Source: Promethearchaeota archaeon (GTDB taxonomy: Archaea; Asgardarchaeota; Hermodarchaeia; Hermodarchaeales; Hermodarchaeaceae). Taken from it: 25,717 nucleotides of DNA. Made by a program: the position numbers and the translations under genes. The notes below the pieces were generated by a model. It saw nothing but the letters and a program-made list of their open reading frames with translations. It searched no databases and was not told the origin of the DNA. Below are positions 25,020-25,717 of this stretch, in pieces. The DNA is taken from assembly GCA_048938295.1 (NCBI GenBank), contig JBHLMI010000031.1, positions 1-25,717 of the forward strand. The letters are read 5' to 3'. Each line of letters starts with the position of its first letter. Position 1 is the first letter of the stretch.

Positions 25020-25448
25020 CTAGCTGATCCTTTCCCGAATGACGAGAAGCCAGCTACCTCCCAAGATGGCTCCAAGTAGAATGGGTCGTATCTGTGGAAG
25101 CACAAATTGAATAGTAAACGCTAGAATCATAACAGGCCATCCAATCTCATCACCCCATTTCTCAAGGACGGTTTCTCTACCATCCTGTCGGTGTCCTTCG
25201 TCCCATTGCAGTACGACCCAAATTGCTATAGTACAGAAAATTAACCCTAAGCTGAATAGAATCCAATAAACACCAAAGGACCACAGTCCCAACAGTTGGT
25301 CAATGATAACAAGTATCACGATGACTACAGAAACGCTAATCGTGGTAAATAGCCGAAGCCTAGATTTAGAAATATCGTCTTCGGGTAAACTAATTATGGG
25401 AAAAGTTTCATTAGCTGAGGGTTCTTCTTCAGTCTTCAAATCGGTCAT
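25020..25448 (-). CDS. Hypothetical membrane protein (about 4 TM)
   Basis: Acidic N-terminal tail, then four hydrophobic stretches. Overlaps the upstream gene by 20 nt. Confidence 0.65.
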   Translation of the reverse strand: MTDLKTEEEPSANETFPIISLPEDDISKSRLRLFTTISVSVVIVILVIIDQLLGLWSFGVYWILFSLGLIFCTIAIWVVLQWDEGHRQDGRETVLEKWGDEIGWPVMILAFTIQFVLPQIRPILLGAILGGSWLLVIRERIS

Positions 25449-25716
25449 CTTCAGCTAACTCAGTTGAGACTGTATCGATATGATCGGTCTTTCGTTGCCA
25501 GGCTCGACCCTTGTAGCCTTCCATGAAATAAAGCTCAGCAGCAGTAATTTCGTCCGCTTCTAGTAACTCATCCAGGGCTTCCTCATCATAAATCTCCTCC
25601 CCTGGTTCTACCTTCTCACGCGGGATATCTTGTAATCGTTGTTCGACAAATTCGAATCGCGAAGCGAGTTGCTTCGCTGCTTTTGCGTCACGTTTTCTCA
25701 GGCTATCTAAAAGCAT
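25429..25716 (-). CDS. Hypothetical acidic protein, possibly 5'-truncated by the window edge
   Basis: Open frame reaching the window end, Glu/Asp-rich (EEIYDEEALDELLEADEITAAELYFMEGY). No family recognised. Confidence 0.6.
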   Translation of the reverse strand: MLLDSLRKRDAKAAKQLASRFEFVEQRLQDIPREKVEPGEEIYDEEALDELLEADEITAAELYFMEGYKGRAWQRKTDHIDTVSTELAEDDRFED

Positions 25717-25717
25717 A

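Noticed and set aside
1-25717. CRISPR array, tRNA/rRNA, riboswitch or mobile-element genes
   Set aside because: I saw no regularly spaced repeats, cloverleaf-like sequence or transposase/integrase motifs by eye. A covariance-model scan (Infernal/tRNAscan-SE) was not run and would be decisive.

Overview
Archaeal chromosomal window. The H4MPT/methanofuran C1 enzymes, Nre, PadR-TRASH, a PAS histidine kinase and a secreted BPL-N protein suggest an anaerobic Asgard- or Bathyarchaeia-like lineage; this is inference, with no marker gene present. Left part: a partial wHTH protein, an SPL-like radical SAM enzyme, a ferritin-like protein ending in Gly-Gly, a lycopene-elongase-like UbiA prenyltransferase and the DNA-repair gene nreA. 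Centre (about 4.1-15 kb): a tightly coupled minus-strand arginine deiminase operon, arcD-like antiporter > OTC > ADI > a divergent threonine-synthase-like PLP enzyme > carbamate kinase > a type IIIA plasma-membrane H+-ATPase. It has a divergent Lrp/AsnC regulator upstream and a convergent second APC permease downstream, and is the best candidate for an undescribed system (an arginine-fuelled ATP/pH/proton-pump module with an extra unknown enzyme). Right part: fwdC-mch divergent from ftr, with a triple-lesion DUF1801 pseudogene hidden between them; a PAS-PAS histidine kinase; a copper locus (a 47-aa YHS/TRASH protein missing from the ORF track, a PadR-TRASH regulator with a candidate operator, and copA); a stand-alone receiver protein; a secreted, membrane-anchored GATase-like BPL-N protein; and two hypothetical proteins. 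I saw no CRISPR array, rRNA, tRNA, integrase or transposase. All family calls come from motif recognition by eye, not database searches.
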